64,000 nt of DNA from Eledone cirrhosa (taxonomy: Eukaryota), in the NCBI GenBank assembly GCA_964016885.1, contig OZ024744.1, positions 128,278,001 to 128,342,000 of the forward strand, in the 5' to 3' direction. Numbering within the stretch: position 1 is the stretch's first letter; every line of letters begins with the position of its first letter. This document shows positions 59,801 to 64,000 of this stretch, piece by piece. A program made the translations under genes and the position numbers. The notes under the pieces are model-generated. The model was not told where the DNA came from and did no database searches. It saw nothing but the letters and a program-made list of their open reading frames with translations.

Positions 59801-62800
59801 TTAAGTTAAGTTGGGGTTAATTTACGTTGGGGTTGAGTTAATTTGGGTTTAAGTTAAGTTGGGCTTAACTTACTTGGGGTTAAGTTGGGGTTAAGTTAAG
59901 TTGGGGTTAAGTTAAGTTGGGGGTAAGTTAAGTTGGGGGCAAGTTAAGTTGGGGTTAATTTAAGTTGGGGTTAAGTTAAGTTGGGGTAATGTTAAGTTGG
60001 GGTTAAGTTAAGTTGGGGTTAAGTTAAGTTGGGGGTAACTTAAGTTGGGGTTAAGTTAAGTTGAGGGTAAGTTAAGTTGAGGGTAAGTTAAATTGAGGTT
60101 AAGTTAAGTTGGGGTTAAGTTAAGTTGGGGGTAAGTTAAGTTGGGGTTAAGTTAAGTTGGGGATAAATTAAGTTGAGGTTAAGTTAATTTGGGGTTAAGT
60201 TAAGTTGGGGTTAAGTTAAGTTGGGGGTAAGAGAAGTTGGGGCTAAGTTAAGTTGGGGCTAAGTCAAGTTGGGGTTAAGTCAAGTTGAGGTTAACTTAAG
60301 TTGGGGTTAAGTTAAGTTGGGGTTAAGTTAAGTTGGGGTTAAGGTAAGTTGGGGTTAAGTTAAGTTGAGGGTAAGTTAAGTTGGGGTTCAGTTAAGTTGG
60401 GGTTAAATTAAGTTGGGGGTAAGTTAAGTTGGGGGTAAGTTAAGTTGGGGTTAATTTAAGTTGGGGTTAAATTAAGTTGAGGTTAAGTTAAGTTGGGGTT
60501 AAGTTAAATTGGGGTTAATTTAAGTTGGGGGTAAGATAAGTTGGGGCTAAGTTAAGTTGGGGCTAAGTCAAGTTGGGGTTAAGTCAAGTTGAGGTTAACT
60601 TAAGTTGGGGTTATGTTAAGTTGGGGTTAAGTTAAGTTGGGGCAAGTTAAGTTGGGGTTAATTTAAGTTGGGGTTAAGTTAAGTTGGGGTTATGTTAAGT
60701 TGGGGTTAAGTTAAGTTGGGGTTAAGTTAAGTTGGGGGTAAGTTAAGTTGGGGTTAAGTTAAGTTGGGGGTAAGTTAAGTTGAGGGTAAGTTAAGTTGGG
60801 GTTAAGTCAAGTTGGGGTTAAGTTAAGTTGGGGTTAAGTTAAGTTGGGGTTCAGTTAAGTTGGGGTTGAGTTAAGTTGGGGTTGAGTTAAGTTGGGGTTA
60901 AGTTAAGTTGGGTGTAAGTTAAGTTGGGGTTAAGTTAAGTTGGGGTTAAGTTAAGTTGGGGTTAAATTAAGTTGAGGTTAAGTTAAGTTGGGGTTAAGTT
61001 AAATTGGGGTTAATTTAAGTTGGGGGTAAGATAAGTTGGGGCTAAGTTAAGTTGGGGCTAAGTCAAGTTGGGGTTAAGTCAAGTTGAGGTTAACTTAAGT
61101 TGGGGTTATGTTAAGTTGGGGCTAAGTTAAGTTGGGGCTCAGTTAAGTTGGGGCTGAGTTAAGTTGGGGTTAAGTTAAGTTGGGATTAAGTTAAGTTGGG
61201 GTTAAGTTAAGTTCGGCTTGAGTTAAGTTGGGGTTAAGTTAAGTTGGGGTTAATTTAAGTTGGGGTTAAATTAAGTTGGGGTTAAGATAAGTTGGGGTTA
61301 AGTTAAGTTAGGGTTAAGTTAAGTTGGGGTTGAGTTAATTAGGGGTTAAGTTAAGTTGGGGTTAACTTAAGTTGGGGTTAAGTTGGGGTTAACTTAAGTT
61401 GGGGTTAAGTTGGGGTTAACTTAAGTTGGGGTTAAGTTAAGTTGGGGGTAGGTTAAGTTGGGGTTAAATTAAGTTGGGGTTAAGTTAAGTTGGGGTTAAG
61501 TTAAGTTGGGGTTAAGTTAAGTTGGGGTTAAGTTAAGTTGGCGTTAAGTTAAGTTGGGGTAAAGTTAAGTTGGGGTAAAGTTAAGTTGGGGTTAAGTTAA
61601 GTTGGGGTTAAGTTAAGTTGGGGTTAAGTTAAGTTGGGGTTAAGTCAAGTTGGGGTTAAGTCAAGTTGGGGTTAAGTCAAGTTGGTGTTAAGTTAAGTTG
61701 GGGTTAAGTTAAGTTGGGGGTAAGTTAAGTTGGGTGTAAGTTAAGTTGGGGTTAAGTTAAGTTGTGGTTAAGTTCAGTTTGGGTTAAGTTAAGTTGGGGT
61801 TAAGTTAAGTTGGGGTTAAGTTAAGTTGGGGGTAACTTAAGTTGGGGTTAAGTTAAGTTGAGGGTAAGTTAAGTTGAGGGTAAGTTAAATTGAGGTTAAG
61901 TTAAGTTGGGAATAAGTTAAGTTGGGGGTAAGTTAAGTTGGGGGTAAGTTAAGTTGGGGTTAAGTTAAGTTGGGGATAAATTAAGTTGAGGTTAAGTTAA
62001 TTTGGGGTTAAGTTAAGTTGGGGGTAAGAGAAGTTGGGGCTAAGTTAAGTTGGGGATAAGTCAAGTTGGGGTTAAGTCAAGTTGAGGTTAACTTAAGTTG
62101 GGGTTAAGTTAAGTTGGGGTTAAGTTAAGTTGGGGTTAAGGTAAGTTGGGGTTAAGTTAAGTTGAGGGTAAGTTAAGTTGGGGTTCAGTTAAGTTGGGGT
62201 TAAATTAAGTTGGGGGTAAGTTAAGTTGGGGGTAAGTTAAGTTGGGGTTAAGTTAAGTTGGGGTTAAATTAAGTTGAGGTTAAGTTAAGTTGGGGTTAAG
62301 TTAAATTGGGGTTAATTTAAGTTGGGGGTAAGATAAGTTGGGGCTAAGTTAAGTTGGGGCTAAGTCAAGTTGGGGTTAAGTCAAGTTGAGGTTAACTTAA
62401 GTTGGGGTTATGTTAAGTTGGGGCTAAGTTAAGTTGGGGCTCAGTTAAGTTGGGGCTGAGTTAAGTTGGGGTTAAGTTAAGTTGGGATTAAGTTAAGTTG
62501 GGGTTAAGTTAAGTTCGGCTTGAGTTAAGTTGGGGTTAAGTTAAGTTGGGGTTAATTTAAGTTGGGGTTAAATTAAGTTGGGGTTAAGATAAGTTGGGGT
62601 TAAGTTAAGTTAGGGTTAAGTTAAGTTGGGGTTGAGTTAATTTGGGGTTAAGTTAAGTTGGGGTTAACTTAAGTTGGGGTTAAGTTGGGGTTAACTTAAG
62701 TTGGGGTTAAGTTGGGGTTAACTTAAGTTGGGGTTAAGTTAAGTTGGGGGTAGGTTAAGTTGGGGGCAAGTTAAGTTGGGGTTAAGTTAAGTTGGGGTTA

Positions 62801-64000
62801 AGTTAAGTTGGGTTTCAGTTAAGTTGGGGCTAAGTTAAGTTGGGGCTAAGTTAAGTTGGGGCTGAGTTAAGTTGGGGTTAAGTTAAGTTGGGGTTGAATT
62901 AAGTTGGGGTTATGTTAAGTTAGGGTTGAGTTAAGTTGGGGTTGAGTTAAGTTGGGGTTAAGTTAAGTTGGCGTTAAGTTAAGTTGGGGTTAATTTACGT
63001 TGGGGTTGAGTTAATTTGGGTTTAAGTTAAGTTGGGCTTAACTTACCTGGGGTTAAGTTGGGGTTAAGTTAAGTTGGGGTTAAGTTAAGTTGGGGGTAAG
63101 TTAAGTTGGGGGCAAGTTAAGTTGGGGTTAATTTAAGTTGGGGTTAAGTTAAGTTGGGGTTATGTTAAGTTGGGGTTAAGTTAAGTTGGGGTTAAGTTAA
63201 GTTGGGGGTAACTTAAGTTGGGGTTAAGTTAAGTTGAGGGTAAGTTAAGTTGAGGGTAAGTTAAATTGAGGTTAAGTTAAGTTGGGGTTAAGTTAAGTTG
63301 GGGGTAAGTTAAGTTGGGGTTAAGTTAAGTTGGGGATAAATTAAGTTGAGGTTAAGTTAATTTGGGGTTAAGTTAAGTTGGGGTTAAGTTAAGGGTAAGA
63401 GAAGTTGGGGCTAAGTTAAGTTGGGGCTAAGTCAAGTTGGGGTTAAGTCAAGTTGAGGTTAACTTAAGTTGGGGTTAAGTTAAGTTGGGGTTAAGTTAAG
63501 TTGGGGTTAAGGTAAGTTGGGGTTAAGTTAAGTTGAGGGTAAGTTAAGTTGGAGTTCAGTTAAGTTGGGGTTAAATTAAGTTGGGGGTAAGTTAAGTTGG
63601 GGGTAAGTTAAGTTGGGGTTAATTTAAGTTGGGGTTAAATTAAGTTGAGGTTAAGTTAAGTTGGGGTTAAGTTAAATTGGGGTTAATTTAAGTTGGGGGT
63701 AAGATAAGTTGGGGCTAAGTTAAGTTGGGGCTAAGTCAAGTTGGGGTTAAGTCAAGTTGAGGTTAACTTAAGTTGGGGTTATGTTAAGTTGGGGCTAAGT
63801 TAAGTTGGGGCTAAGTTAAGTTGGGGCTGAGTTAAGTTGGGGTTAAGTTAAGTTGGGGTTAAGTTAAGTTCGGCTTGAGTTAAGTTGGGGTTAAGTTAAG
63901 TTGGGGTTAATTTAAGTTGGGGTTAAGTTAAGTTGGGGTTAAGATATGTTGGGGTTAAGTTAAGTTGGGGTTAAGTTAAGTTGGGGTTGAGTTAATTTGG
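52394..64000 (+). repeat. ~2.55 kb block (52394-54942) recopied at 61452-64000, offset 9058
   Basis: GGGAATAAG 52850/61908, CTTACCT 53984/63042 and TTAAGGGTAAGAG 54331/63389. Only two differences were noticed (63553, 63947). Confidence 0.88.

Larger units (their letters stand above)
43320..61462 (+). repeat. ~4.1 kb block (~43320-47456) recopied 14 kb downstream (~57358-61462)
   Basis: Offsets 14038 (GCTCAG 43969/58007), 14022 (TTTATTTGCGG 45181/59203) and 14006 (GATC 45708/59714; CTTACTT 45863/59869; TTGGGGCAAG 46631/60637). Confidence 0.88.
1..64000 (+). repeat. Tandem satellite array of a 16-bp monomer TTAAGTTAAGTTGGGG (~4,000 copies), G-rich strand on +, open at both window ends
   Basis: The monomer is visible in every line. 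Variants are mostly single substitutions (GTCAAG, GGGGCT, GGAG, GAGG, GGCG, TTGAG, TTATG, AAATT) plus occasional shorter or longer units (11, 15, 17 bp). No non-repeat sequence and no reverse-orientation (AACCCC) blocks were seen. Confidence 0.99.

Noticed and set aside
1-64000. Protein-coding repeat ORF on either strand
   Set aside because: Each strand has two TAA per 16 bp, and 16 is not a multiple of 3, so every frame hits stops within each 48 bp. It would read through only under a TAA-reassigned code, for which there is no evidence, and frame-breaking indels are tolerated.
1-64000. CRISPR array
   Set aside because: No unique spacers; the units are contiguous 16-bp tandem copies and there are no cas genes.
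1-64000. Tetrahymena-type (TTGGGG)n telomere
   Set aside because: TTGGGG never occurs in direct tandem; it is always separated by TTAAG units.
1-64000. Sequencing noise, primer concatemer or amplification artefact as the source of the variants
   Set aside because: Variants recur exactly, in conserved order and in nested lineages, which random error would not produce. Local mis-assembly of individual blocks remains possible.
1-64000. Concatemeric cDNA from rolling-circle reverse transcription (DRT2/neo-like hidden gene)
   Set aside because: No stop-free frame, no RT or ncRNA locus in the window, and kb-scale inherited variant patterns are incompatible with repeated copying of one short RNA template.
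1-64000. Variant pattern as an information-bearing code
   Set aside because: The order is adequately explained by duplication history; nothing in the sequence indicates a reading mechanism.
1-64000. Promoters, terminators or structured RNA genes
   Set aside because: The near absence of C on one strand prevents stable stems, and any TA-rich motif match is a by-product of the monomer.

Overview
The whole 64 kb window is one uninterrupted, single-orientation tandem array of about 4,000 copies of a 16-bp monomer, consensus TTAAGTTAAGTTGGGG, i.e. (TTAAG)2(TTGGGG). I found no genes, RNA genes, transposons, CRISPR spacers or unique sequence; TAA stops fall in all six frames. The consensus + strand has no C (G6 T6 A4), so it looks telomere-like: TTGGGG is the Tetrahymena repeat, TTAAG is one change from insect TTAGG, and a recurring 11-bp variant TTAAGTTGGGG is one change from the bumblebee motif TTAGGTTGGGG. 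Point and indel variants recur as ordered modules that were copied in blocks of roughly 0.3-4 kb at offsets of about 0.5 to 14 kb. Offsets drift mostly in 16-bp steps, and chimeric junctions and region-private nested mutations are visible. This points to a eukaryotic satellite, or a (sub)telomeric array, expanded by recombination or template switching rather than by direct telomerase synthesis. Organism and chromosomal position cannot be determined from this window. All coordinates and offsets were read by eye.
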